Positions 19,669 to 29,281 of a stretch of 50,967 nt of DNA are shown piece by piece; position 1 is the first letter of the stretch, and each line of letters begins with the position of its first letter. The translations under genes were made by a program, and so were the position numbers. The DNA is from Parcubacteria group bacterium (GTDB taxonomy: Bacteria > Patescibacteriota > Minisyncoccia > Portnoybacterales > UBA2143). The notes beneath the pieces are model-generated. The model ran no database searches. It was not told the DNA's origin and saw only the letters and a program-made list of their open reading frames with translations. Location of the stretch: NCBI GenBank assembly GCA_002685955.1, contig NYYU01000041.1:1-50967 (forward strand), read 5' to 3'.

Positions 19669-20343
19669 TTATTTAACCACAACGACAAATTCTCCTTTGA
19701 TTTTGTCTTTTTTTATTTGTTCAATTACTTGTTTAACATTGCCGCGATAAATAGTTTCAAATTTCTTGGTTAATTCCCGGCCAACCACAATTCGCAGCTC
19801 GTATTTCGTAGCTCGTAGCTCGTCTAATTCTTCTAGGCTCTTAATAATCCGGTGGGGTGATTCATAGAAAATAACTGGGTACTTAGAATTAATCACCCCT
19901 TGAAAAAATTTCTTCCTTTTCTTCTTATTAGGTGGAAAACCTAAAAAAGTAAATCTATCAACTGGAAATCCAGCAATACTTAAAATTGTTGCTAAAGCTG
20001 AAGGACCAGGCACAGGAATAATTTTCAAATTAGAAAGTCTTTCAATCAAATAACTAATTAACTTTGCCCCGGGATCACTAATTAAAGGTGTGCCGGCATC
20101 TGAAACCAAAGCTAATTTTTTATCTTGTTCTAATTGTCCTGAAATATATTTCAGTTTAGTTAATCGGCTATGCTGATGATAGCTAATAGTTGGTTTAGAA
20201 ATTTGATAATGATTTAATAATTTTCTAGTTACCCGCGTATCTTCACAAAGAATTAAATCTGCTTCTTTCAAAATTCTCAAAGCCCGAAACGAAATATCCT
20301 CAAGATGGCCAATCGGCGTCGCAATAACATATAGCTTAGACAT
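19669..20343 (-). CDS. rsmI: 16S rRNA C1402 2'-O-methyltransferase
   Basis: ATPIG, CEDTR, SDAGTPLISDPG, YESPHR and RELTK motifs. Confidence 0.96.
   Translation of the reverse strand: MSKLYVIATPIGHLEDISFRALRILKEADLILCEDTRVTRKLLNHYQISKPTISYHQHSRLTKLKYISGQLEQDKKLALVSDAGTPLISDPGAKLISYLIERLSNLKIIPVPGPSALATILSIAGFPVDRFTFLGFPPNKKKRKKFFQGVINSKYPVIFYESPHRIIKSLEELDELRATKYELRIVVGRELTKKFETIYRGNVKQVIEQIKKDKIKGEFVVVVK
19792..19823. repeat. Heptamer tandem repeat (tcgtagc, about 4.5 units) inside rsmI
   Basis: tcgcagc tcgtatt tcgtagc tcgtagc tcgt. Confidence 0.75.
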
Positions 20344-20358
20344 GACTTAATTGTATAC

Positions 20359-20386
20359 AAAAACCGCCCCTTTTGACAAGGACGGC
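20359..20386 (-). terminator. Intrinsic terminator after the argS to AI-2E gene run; overlaps a possible rsmI -35 box
   Basis: Minus strand gccgtcctt...aggggcggt followed by a T-run. Confidence 0.65.
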
Positions 20387-20415
20387 TAGAATTAATCTCT
20401 TGAAACTAAACTGGC

Positions 20416-21429
20416 CTAAACTGTTTGCTTTTGGAAATCTTTTAAGAATTCGGCCATTGCGGCTGCTAAAGGAACAGATAAAATAATGCCTAAAATCCCG
20501 GCTAATTTAGCTCCAATTAACATTACAATAATAATAACAATTGGATTCAAGCCCACTGTTTTTTTCATCACCTGCGGAACAATAACATAGTTTTCTAATT
20601 GTTGGATAACGATATATAAGATGAGGACTAATAGAGCTAAAAAGGGTAATTGCAAAAAAGCTAATCCAACGGCCGGTAAAGCTGCTAAAATTGGACCGAT
20701 ATAAGGGATAATTTCTAAAAGTCCGGCGATTAAAGCCAAAGTAAGAGCGTATTTAACGCCTAATAAAGAAAGGCCAAGATAGGTTAAAAGACCAATAATA
20801 AGCATAAGCATTAACTGGCCCCTTAACCAGCCTCCGATTTTAACCTGAATGCGTTCGATTAAATCAGCCAGATAACGCTGATGATCGTCTGGCGTCAAAG
20901 AAACTAAAAATCTTTTAACGCCTTTTTCTTGGACTGCTAAATAAAAAGAAATAGCTAAAACAAATAAAGATGAGAATAATCCGCCAAAAATACCGATGGT
21001 CGTTACGAAAACACTTGAAGCGGCCTGGCTTAGATTACCGCTAATTTTACCTAATAAAACCTGTAAATTATCTTCTAATTCATACCCGCCCCACCATTTT
21101 TGAACGCTTGAACTTACTTTTTCTAAAACTTGTGGAAAATTAGCAGCTAATTGTTTAGTCTGCTCTGCCAAAGGAGGGAAAACTAAGGTGATTACTGTGG
21201 CCAAAATTAGAAAAAGAGCTAGGTAAATAAATATTACTCCTAGAATACGGGGCACTTTGTGCCGCTGCAGCCAACTGACCGGCCCATTAATTGCTGAAGC
21301 GATAATAACCGCTACAAAAACAATTATTAGAATGTCTCTAACCAAATACAGAAAAACTAGGCCTAGTAAAATAAGGATGATTCGAAAAATAGTAGAAGTA
21401 GAGATATTAATAGTTTCAGCTTGATTCAT
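20416..21429 (-). CDS. AI-2E (PerM) family transporter
   Basis: Multi-TM; WLRGQL, IPYIGP, QQLENY and GLNP motifs. Confidence 0.92.
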   Translation of the reverse strand: MNQAETINISTSTIFRIILILLGLVFLYLVRDILIIVFVAVIIASAINGPVSWLQRHKVPRILGVIFIYLALFLILATVITLVFPPLAEQTKQLAANFPQVLEKVSSSVQKWWGGYELEDNLQVLLGKISGNLSQAASSVFVTTIGIFGGLFSSLFVLAISFYLAVQEKGVKRFLVSLTPDDHQRYLADLIERIQVKIGGWLRGQLMLMLIIGLLTYLGLSLLGVKYALTLALIAGLLEIIPYIGPILAALPAVGLAFLQLPFLALLVLILYIVIQQLENYVIVPQVMKKTVGLNPIVIIIVMLIGAKLAGILGIILSVPLAAAMAEFLKDFQKQTV

Positions 21430-22691
21430 ATTTTTAATATTTTCTCAAATTTTGTTTTATCTTTAAATGGCCCAATTAGAGCTAAATTAAGCTTATCTGG
21501 CCTAAAAATGTCTTGAGCCACCCGCTGAATATCATTTACGGTTACTGCTTCAATTTTAGCAAACTTCTGCTCTGGAGTCAAAATCTCGCCAGTTAGTAAC
21601 TCTTGAAATGTATAGAAAGAAGCTTGCTCATCAGATGCTTCTAATCCAATTAGGGCAGTCCCTTTAGTGTAATCTTTGGCTTTCCTTAATTCAGCTGGAC
21701 TGATTTTTTTCTGAGCAATCTTCTTGTACTCATCAAGGATTATTTTAATTGCCTTATCTACTCTCTGATTATCAACACCAGCCCGAGTAACCAAAAAACC
21801 AGCATCAGTATCAAGATCAATCCCAGTGCTAACATAATAGGCAAGACCTTGTCTTTCTCTAACAGAAATCCATAAGCGAGAACTCATATTGCCTCCTAAA
21901 ATTACTCCCAATAATCCTAAGGCATATTTGTCAGGATGAAAAATATCATAAGCTCTAGCACCTAGACAAAGATGAGTTTGATCAGTTTTTTTGTAATGAA
22001 TTAAAGATTGAGGCCTACCCTGTTTCTCTTTAACTGACAATTTATCCTTCACTTCACTGGTATTAATTGATTTAAAATATTTTTTAACTTTATTAATGAC
22101 CGGAGTATGATCAATTTTACCCGCTACGGCAATAATGGTGTTCTTAGAAGAATAATGTTCCTGAAGATATTTTACAAACTGCTGCCTTTTGACTTTTTTG
22201 AGTACGTCTTCTGTCCCAATGACAGACCAACCAGCTGGTTGATCACCGTACAAAAGACTAGTCCAAAGATCACCTACATATCTCATTGGTGTATCCAAAT
22301 ACATATTAAGTTCTTGAAGAATGGTCCCTTTTTCTCTATCAATTTCAACTTGTTCTATTTTTGAATTTAAATAAATATCAGATACCCAATCTAAAACTAA
22401 ATCTAAATGATTAGCATCAACCTTAGCCCAATAACCAGTAGCCTCTTCAGAAGTAAAAGCATTGTAATGACCGCCAACTTTATCCAAAGGCTCTATTACT
22501 TTTAAAGTATTGGGGTGCTTTTTGGTTCCTTTAAAAAACATATGCTCTAGAAAATGAGATAAACCATTAATATCTTTTGTTTCATACTTAGAACCAGTAC
22601 CAACCAAAACCAAAACAGTTACCGTTTTGGTTTCCTTGCCGGGGACGGTAATAATTCTTAATCCGTTTTTAAGCGTAGTTTTTTTATACAT
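21426..22691 (-). CDS. M16 family zinc peptidase
   Basis: HFLEHMFFKGT (HxxEH), NAFTS, SSRL...RE..GLAY. Confidence 0.94.
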   Translation of the reverse strand: MYKKTTLKNGLRIITVPGKETKTVTVLVLVGTGSKYETKDINGLSHFLEHMFFKGTKKHPNTLKVIEPLDKVGGHYNAFTSEEATGYWAKVDANHLDLVLDWVSDIYLNSKIEQVEIDREKGTILQELNMYLDTPMRYVGDLWTSLLYGDQPAGWSVIGTEDVLKKVKRQQFVKYLQEHYSSKNTIIAVAGKIDHTPVINKVKKYFKSINTSEVKDKLSVKEKQGRPQSLIHYKKTDQTHLCLGARAYDIFHPDKYALGLLGVILGGNMSSRLWISVRERQGLAYYVSTGIDLDTDAGFLVTRAGVDNQRVDKAIKIILDEYKKIAQKKISPAELRKAKDYTKGTALIGLEASDEQASFYTFQELLTGEILTPEQKFAKIEAVTVNDIQRVAQDIFRPDKLNLALIGPFKDKTKFEKILKI

Positions 22692-23995
22692 TATAATTTA
22701 TCTTTTAAATAATCAGCTAATTCTTTAATTTTAACCCTTGTTTGCTTCATACTATCTCTGTCTCTAACCGTAACATCGTCTTTTTCTAAAGAATCAAAGT
22801 CCACCGTAACACAATAAGGAGTGCCGATTTCGTCCTGGCGGCGGTAACGTTTACCGATATTGCCATGATCATCAAACTCAGTCATAAATTCACGTTTTAG
22901 TTTATCATAGGCCTCTCGAGCCTTTTTGACTAACTCTGGTTTATTCCTTAACAATGGGAAAACAGCAACTTTATAGGGCGCCATATCAGGATGAAGTTTC
23001 AAAACAACTCTTTTCTCTCCCTTAACTTCTTCTTCCTGATAAGCCTCAACTAAAACTGCTAAAAGAGTGCGATCAAAGCCGAAGGTTGGCTCAATCACAT
23101 GAGGAATATATTTTTTACCTGTCTTTGCATCAGTGTATTCCATACTTTGGCCTGAGGCTTTTTGGTGGCTGGACAAATCATGATCAGTTCGATAGGCAAC
23201 TGCCCATAATTCATCTTTGCCAAAAGGATACTCGTAGTACATATCAATTGTTCTTTTAGAATAATGGGCCAAATCTTCTTTGGGAATCTCAACATCATGA
23301 AGTTTTCTATCATCAAGGCCAATTATTTCTGTAAATTTATGTATATAATTACGCCATTCCTCAAAAATATTTTTCCAGCTATCATTAGGTGAAATAAAAT
23401 ACTCCAATTCCATTATTTCAAATTCAATAGTCCGGAAAATAAAATTACCAGTAGTGATTTCGTTTCGAAAGGACTTACCCATTTGCCCGATCCCGAACGG
23501 GATTTTAACAACTGTAGAATTTAACACATTTTTAAAATTAACAAAAATATTTTGGGCGGTTTCAGGTCTTAAATATGTCATTACTCCTTCTTCCTCAACT
23601 GGACCAATGGTCGTTTTAAATAGTCCGCTAAAAAGCTTTTCCTCAGTAAATACCCCTCCACACTCAGGACATTTTGTTTCACTCTCCAATTTGTCCGGTC
23701 TAAATCTCTTATGACATTTCTTACACTCCACTAAAGGATCTTTAAAATTTTTAACATGGCCACTGGCATTCCAAACATCTTCTTTTAATATTACTCCTCC
23801 ATCAATACCGACCATATCCTCTCTGCCCTGAACAAAATACTTCCACCAAGCTGCCTTAATGTTATTCTTTAATTCAGCTCCTAATGGGCCGTAATCATAA
23901 GTATTAGCCAGACCACCATAAATCTCCGAACCTGGATAAATAAATCCACGCCGCTTACAAAGAGAGATAATTTTTTGCATTAAGTCTTGGGGCAT
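22691..23995 (-). CDS. glyQS: Glycine--tRNA ligase, alpha2 type
   Basis: YDYGPLG, YLRPETAQ, FRNEITT, HVIEP and GKRYRRQDEIGTP motifs. Confidence 0.95.
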   Translation of the reverse strand: MPQDLMQKIISLCKRRGFIYPGSEIYGGLANTYDYGPLGAELKNNIKAAWWKYFVQGREDMVGIDGGVILKEDVWNASGHVKNFKDPLVECKKCHKRFRPDKLESETKCPECGGVFTEEKLFSGLFKTTIGPVEEEGVMTYLRPETAQNIFVNFKNVLNSTVVKIPFGIGQMGKSFRNEITTGNFIFRTIEFEIMELEYFISPNDSWKNIFEEWRNYIHKFTEIIGLDDRKLHDVEIPKEDLAHYSKRTIDMYYEYPFGKDELWAVAYRTDHDLSSHQKASGQSMEYTDAKTGKKYIPHVIEPTFGFDRTLLAVLVEAYQEEEVKGEKRVVLKLHPDMAPYKVAVFPLLRNKPELVKKAREAYDKLKREFMTEFDDHGNIGKRYRRQDEIGTPYCVTVDFDSLEKDDVTVRDRDSMKQTRVKIKELADYLKDKL

Positions 23996-23998
23996 AAT

Positions 23999-25876
23999 TT
24001 AATCAACAATAATGCTGTCTTCGCTAATAATGGCTGGGTCATCGGGTAAATCTGTATCAATTGGCTCGTCTGTATCAATTAACTCTAAATCAACAAAATT
24101 ATCTAATCCAGTTACTTTAGATTGCCCGATTAATTCTACTAGATTGCCTAAATCAGCTAAGCTAGGCGTTATTGATATTTGAAAAGCTATTTGTTTAACC
24201 GGTAAAAGTACGCCCGTAGCAGACGATAAATCTCCAACTTGCCAGATTAATTGACCGGTCTGAAAATTGTATTTCAAATTACCACTGCTAGGGCTAATTT
24301 GATTAAGCCACTTAACATGAGGCGGTAAAAAGGCAACCACTCTTACCTTGCTTAAATCATTAGCTGTATTAACTAAACGCCACTTTATCGTATAAGTAGT
24401 CGTTTGTCCAACCTTAGGCGGGATGGCCCCGCTGTTTAAAAAAGTGTCGTCGTTATAGTAGCCCTGAGCCTGAAGAGTTAATTGGCTAGCTAACTTAGTG
24501 ATTGACTGACTCTGGCCGCCAATTTGGATTCTTTCTAAAGAAAGAGGTATTTCTGAAGAATCTATTTTAACTGTATTAATTATTTTAAAATTCTTATCTG
24601 AGTAATTGCTTATGGGCAAAAGATCCTTAATTTTAATTGAAAAATTAAGCTGACCTTTTTGTCGCGCTCCAAGAAATTCTAAGGCCGGTAAATTACTAGC
24701 TTTCCAGGTAATAGTTTGAGTTAAACCATCAAAAGAACCGCTCTCTGATTCCAGGCTGGCGAAATCAAGTACAGCTCCTTCCAGCTTTGAAGTGATGACT
24801 ACATTTTTAATACCAATATCAGTAGTATTTTCAAAATTAATTTGGTAATCTAGCTGCTGGCCAGTTTCAGCTATATAGTCAGTTGACTCATTGACTGTCT
24901 GAACAACAGACAAAGGTGAAAGGGAAATCTGAAGCGCCTTAACCGTTTCAGCATAAGGAATAAATTGATCATCATCAACAAGACCTATTTGGGCTTTAAA
25001 TAGCTTTACTTCGCCTCGCTCGCCCTCAATATTACCCCGAATAAAAATTTTATCCTCCTGGCCAGCCATTAAACTGTCAATGGACCAAGCGCCGTCTCGT
25101 TCTGAAAGAGACGATTCGCTTGATTGAAGATTAAAACCGGTTGGATAATCAATCCGAATTTCAAGGTCATCAAAAGAAACTTCTGCTTGATTAAGATATT
25201 TTAAAGAGAAGTCAAAAGACTGACCATCAACTAATTTCTCAGGCAGATCAAAATCAAGCAATAAAGGAACGGAAATTATATTACTGGAAAATTCGGCTTG
25301 ATTAGTGTAGCGAGAACTTAAATTGCCCGGTTGATAACTTAATTCCAGCCAAGCTTCTTTTTCCTCTCCTTTCAACCCAATAATTCTAGCTGATAGTTCA
25401 ACCTGATTTTCCTGATCTGGCTCAATATCTGGCAGATCCATGGCCTGGACTAAATCATTATCGTCAAATGGAATTGATCCTTCTGGATAATGAAAAACTA
25501 ACTGAAGATTATTCAAGGCCAACCTAGTATTATTCTTATACTTAACTATATATTTTATCTCTTCGCCGCTGACTACCCTTTCTGGCCATGCAATTTCTAA
25601 TCTAACTTTATCTTTATCAAAAGAAGTAAAACCACGCCACGTAAAAATAACAATGATGATTAAAAAAATAACTCCGGCTATAAAACCGATACTTTTTAAA
25701 GTTTTTTTCTCTCTGACCGTCAAAAGTCTGAACCTTCTTTTTTTACTGCCAGACCATTCCTCTGACAAAACTTTTTTCCTCTTTCGTTCCGGTTGAAAAA
25801 CTTCTGGTTTTTCCAATCTTTCTTCAAATTCAGTTTCAGGTTTATATAGTTTTTCTTTAAGTTTTTTTAGTTTCAT
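23999..25876 (-). CDS. Membrane-anchored beta-rich surface protein (DUF11/Ig-like repeats)
   Basis: Single N-terminal TM, then repeated G...Y.I.Y.N and ...W.I..L..G modules. Confidence 0.65.
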   Translation of the reverse strand: MKLKKLKEKLYKPETEFEERLEKPEVFQPERKRKKVLSEEWSGSKKRRFRLLTVREKKTLKSIGFIAGVIFLIIIVIFTWRGFTSFDKDKVRLEIAWPERVVSGEEIKYIVKYKNNTRLALNNLQLVFHYPEGSIPFDDNDLVQAMDLPDIEPDQENQVELSARIIGLKGEEKEAWLELSYQPGNLSSRYTNQAEFSSNIISVPLLLDFDLPEKLVDGQSFDFSLKYLNQAEVSFDDLEIRIDYPTGFNLQSSESSLSERDGAWSIDSLMAGQEDKIFIRGNIEGERGEVKLFKAQIGLVDDDQFIPYAETVKALQISLSPLSVVQTVNESTDYIAETGQQLDYQINFENTTDIGIKNVVITSKLEGAVLDFASLESESGSFDGLTQTITWKASNLPALEFLGARQKGQLNFSIKIKDLLPISNYSDKNFKIINTVKIDSSEIPLSLERIQIGGQSQSITKLASQLTLQAQGYYNDDTFLNSGAIPPKVGQTTTYTIKWRLVNTANDLSKVRVVAFLPPHVKWLNQISPSSGNLKYNFQTGQLIWQVGDLSSATGVLLPVKQIAFQISITPSLADLGNLVELIGQSKVTGLDNFVDLELIDTDEPIDTDLPDDPAIISEDSIIVD

Positions 25877-25899
25877 ATAATTTCTAACGGGGCATAGTT

Positions 25900-26439
25900 C
25901 TATTTTACCAGATGATTAACTCTTTGTAAAAAATATTTTGAATTTAATTCTTCTTTTAGAAAAGATTCAATAAAACAAACTGGATCTTTTTGCTCACAAC
26001 CATAGCCTAAGAATTCTAACAATCTGTTTTCAAAATTGTTAATAATAGTCTTGATCGGCTGGTTGGGCCGGTTAAATTCTTGAAGGCTATTTAACAATAA
26101 CGGCCAAATATTAATATCTTTTTCTGAATCAGAAATTAATTTATCAATTAATTCAGATAAATAATAGCTGGCCGCTAATGAAGATAAATCTTGATGAAGA
26201 TAAGAAAATCCTTCAATGGTTTCGGCGCCAGTGATAATATCCAACCCCCGACCAGGCGCAATCATTAAATGATTATGAAGAAAAAGTTCAAGATGTCCTT
26301 TAAGTTTAGCTTGGTTTTTTCTAACTGATTTAGCTTTTACTAAAATTTTACCGAAATCTTCGGTGTAGATAGTCAGCAAGCGATCAGCTTCGCCTAAGTT
26401 TGCTTTTTTGATAATAATACCTTGAGTTTTTAAAAGCAT
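25900..26439 (-). CDS. recO: DNA repair protein RecO (short form)
   Basis: GEADRLLTIYT..FGKI..KAKSVRK...KL.GHLE. Confidence 0.92.
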   Translation of the reverse strand: MLLKTQGIIIKKANLGEADRLLTIYTEDFGKILVKAKSVRKNQAKLKGHLELFLHNHLMIAPGRGLDIITGAETIEGFSYLHQDLSSLAASYYLSELIDKLISDSEKDINIWPLLLNSLQEFNRPNQPIKTIINNFENRLLEFLGYGCEQKDPVCFIESFLKEELNSKYFLQRVNHLVK

Positions 26440-26442
26440 ACT

Positions 26443-29280
26443 TTATTCAATCCCCAACCAAATCTTATTCTTATCTAAATCAATTTCTTTTTCAATCAAA
26501 TATTTTTGGCTGGTTTTCGGCTTTAATGCTAGTTTTTGGCTCTTAGTTTCAGATTTAATTTCCTGCATTTGATCTTTAATTATTTTACCTAAATCAGTAT
26601 TAGTTTGGTAATAAAGAATAATTGGCTGGCCTGGTTTTAAGCCAGCTTGTTTTCTTAATCCTTGAATAGAACGAATCAAGTCTCTAACTAATCCTTCTTG
26701 TTTTAATTCTTTGGTAAGTTTGGTATTTAATTTAATACTTTTACCAAAAACAACTTTTTTAACATTAATTTCATCTTTAACTAATTCAATCAAATCCTTA
26801 TCTTTAATTAATTGTTTATTATTTATAGCTAGTTCAGAAAGCGGCTGTCTAACCTTGATACCGGCTTGAGCTCTTTTAGCTAGAGCCGAGGCAACAATCT
26901 TCCTAATATTCTCCATTTTAGATTCAAGGGCTTTATCAATTAATTTTTTGTTTGGTTTTGGATAATCACAAAGATGAACTGATTGAGTATCCTTATTCGT
27001 CCTTAATCCTCGATAAATTTCTTCACTAATAAAAGGGGTGAAAGGAGCAATTAGTTTAGATAGATTAAATAGGATTTGGTAAAAGGTTTGAGATGCTTCT
27101 TGGAATCTCCTTCTTGAACGACGGATATACCAATTTGAAAAATCATCAACAAAATCTTCGATTAAACGAGCGGCTGAAACAACATCGTATTTTTCTAAAT
27201 TATTAATTACTGCATCGTTTAAAGAATGGTATCGGGAAACGATCCATTTATCCAAAAGATGATTTGGTTTTGATAGCTTATATTTAAAGTCTTTATTCTG
27301 ATAAGTTTGAAAAAAAACAAAAGAATTAAATAAAGTTCCAAAAAACCTTCTATTTTTATCAGCCACATCTTTGACATCAAACTTCTTTGGCTCACCAGCC
27401 TGATTGACTGTATAAAGATACCAACGCAAAGTATCAGCCCCGAACTTATCGCACATTTCCCAAGGATTAACTACATTACCCAAGGATTTTGACATTTTCT
27501 TTCCTTTTTTATCTAAAACATGACCTAAACAAATTACATTATCAAAACAATGACCTTGTTTAATTTCACCCAGATACTCCATTAAAGTGGCGATGGCTAA
27601 AAGTGAATAAAACCAACCTCTAGTTTGATCAACTGCTTCACAGATATAATCAGCTGGATAATGTTCTTTAAATTTCTTCTTACTATTAGCTCCAAAAGGG
27701 TAATGCCATTGAGCAAGAAACATTGCCCCTGAGTCAAACCAACAATCAATAACACTTTTATCCCGGATCATCTGACCACCGCACTTACATTTAAATTTAA
27801 CCTCATCAATGTATGGACGGTGTAAGTCTTCTATTTTTTTACCTAATTCTTTAACACTGCCGATACATTTAAACTGACCGCATTTTTGACATTGCCAGAT
27901 AGGCAAAGGCGTCCCCCAATATCTTTCTCGAGACAAAGCCCAATCTCGAGCTTCTTTAATAAATTCTCCAAATCTTCCTTTTTTAATGTGAGCTGGTTCC
28001 CAAAATATTTTTTGATTATTATCCACCAAATTCTTACGAAGTTTTGACATTTTAATAAACCAAGAATCTTTAGCGTAATAGAGTAAAGGGGTATCACAAC
28101 GCCAGCAAAAGGGATAATCATGCTCATATTCCTCTTGTTTAAATAACAAATTATTCTTTTTTAAATAAGCAATAATCCTATTCTCTGCTTCTTTGCCTTT
28201 AACGAATTTATCCAATAAATTATATTTAGCTAAATCTTTTGTAAAAAATCCTTTTTCAGTAACCGTATGAACCATGGGCAAATCCAATTTTTTACCTAAT
28301 TCATAATCTTCTTCGCCATACATAACAGCTGTATGGACGATTCCAGTTCCATCTTCAGCACTGACAAAATCTGCTGGAGTAACATAGTAAGATTTTTTAC
28401 CACTTTTTTGAACTGATTCAACTTCAAACAAAGGTTGATACTCCACACCCATTAAATCTTTGCCTTCGAATTCGGACTCTATCTTATAGTTTCCATCAAT
28501 TATTTCTAATCTGCTTTTGGCTAAAATATATTTTTTGTCTTGATACCTTATTTTTACATAATCGATTTTTTCACCCACAGCCAAAGCAACATTGCCAGGT
28601 AAAGTCCAAGGTGTAGTTGTCCAAGCTAAAATATTATCGTTTTTCTTAACCTTGTTGTTCCCTTTAGTAACCTTAAAGCTTAGATAAACAGAATTATCTT
28701 TAACTTTTTTATACCCTTGAGATACTTCATGAGCTGAAAGCCCAGTCTCGCACCGAGGGCAATAATGAATCACCTTAAACCCTTTATAAAGTAATCCCCG
28801 ATCCCAAACTTTTTTAAGAATATACCAAACACTCTCAATGTACTGATCTTCATAGGTAATATAAGGGTCTTTCAAATCAAGCCAAAAAGCAATTCTATCA
28901 GTTAGTTTTTCCCATTCGTCTTTATATTTCCAAACGCTTTGTTTGCATTTTTGATTAAATTTAGCAATACCATATTTTTCGATATCTTCTTTGTTTTTAA
29001 AACCAAGCTGTTTTTCCACCTCCAGTTCAACTGGCAAACCGTGAGTATCCCAGCCAGCTTTGCGGTCAACAAAAAAACCGCTCATCGTCTTATAGCGCGG
29101 GATAATATCTTTAAAAGCCCTAGATTCGACATGATGTATGCCTGGTCGACCATTAGCCGTAGGTGGCCCCTCAAAAAAAACAAAACTCTTCTTGTTTTTG
29201 TTCTTTTTCAAGCTTTGTTCAAAAATCTTATTCTTCTTCCAAAATTTTAATATTTTCTCTTCGTTTTTAGCTAAATCCAT
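26443..29280 (-). CDS. ileS: Isoleucine--tRNA ligase (IleRS2-type)
   Basis: EGPPTANG.PGIHH, GWDTHGLPVE, WTTTPWTLP, DWALSRERYWGTP, KMSKS; ATG at 29280 chosen. Confidence 0.96.
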   Translation of the reverse strand: MDLAKNEEKILKFWKKNKIFEQSLKKNKNKKSFVFFEGPPTANGRPGIHHVESRAFKDIIPRYKTMSGFFVDRKAGWDTHGLPVELEVEKQLGFKNKEDIEKYGIAKFNQKCKQSVWKYKDEWEKLTDRIAFWLDLKDPYITYEDQYIESVWYILKKVWDRGLLYKGFKVIHYCPRCETGLSAHEVSQGYKKVKDNSVYLSFKVTKGNNKVKKNDNILAWTTTPWTLPGNVALAVGEKIDYVKIRYQDKKYILAKSRLEIIDGNYKIESEFEGKDLMGVEYQPLFEVESVQKSGKKSYYVTPADFVSAEDGTGIVHTAVMYGEEDYELGKKLDLPMVHTVTEKGFFTKDLAKYNLLDKFVKGKEAENRIIAYLKKNNLLFKQEEYEHDYPFCWRCDTPLLYYAKDSWFIKMSKLRKNLVDNNQKIFWEPAHIKKGRFGEFIKEARDWALSRERYWGTPLPIWQCQKCGQFKCIGSVKELGKKIEDLHRPYIDEVKFKCKCGGQMIRDKSVIDCWFDSGAMFLAQWHYPFGANSKKKFKEHYPADYICEAVDQTRGWFYSLLAIATLMEYLGEIKQGHCFDNVICLGHVLDKKGKKMSKSLGNVVNPWEMCDKFGADTLRWYLYTVNQAGEPKKFDVKDVADKNRRFFGTLFNSFVFFQTYQNKDFKYKLSKPNHLLDKWIVSRYHSLNDAVINNLEKYDVVSAARLIEDFVDDFSNWYIRRSRRRFQEASQTFYQILFNLSKLIAPFTPFISEEIYRGLRTNKDTQSVHLCDYPKPNKKLIDKALESKMENIRKIVASALAKRAQAGIKVRQPLSELAINNKQLIKDKDLIELVKDEINVKKVVFGKSIKLNTKLTKELKQEGLVRDLIRSIQGLRKQAGLKPGQPIILYYQTNTDLGKIIKDQMQEIKSETKSQKLALKPKTSQKYLIEKEIDLDKNKIWLGIE

Positions 29281-29281
29281 A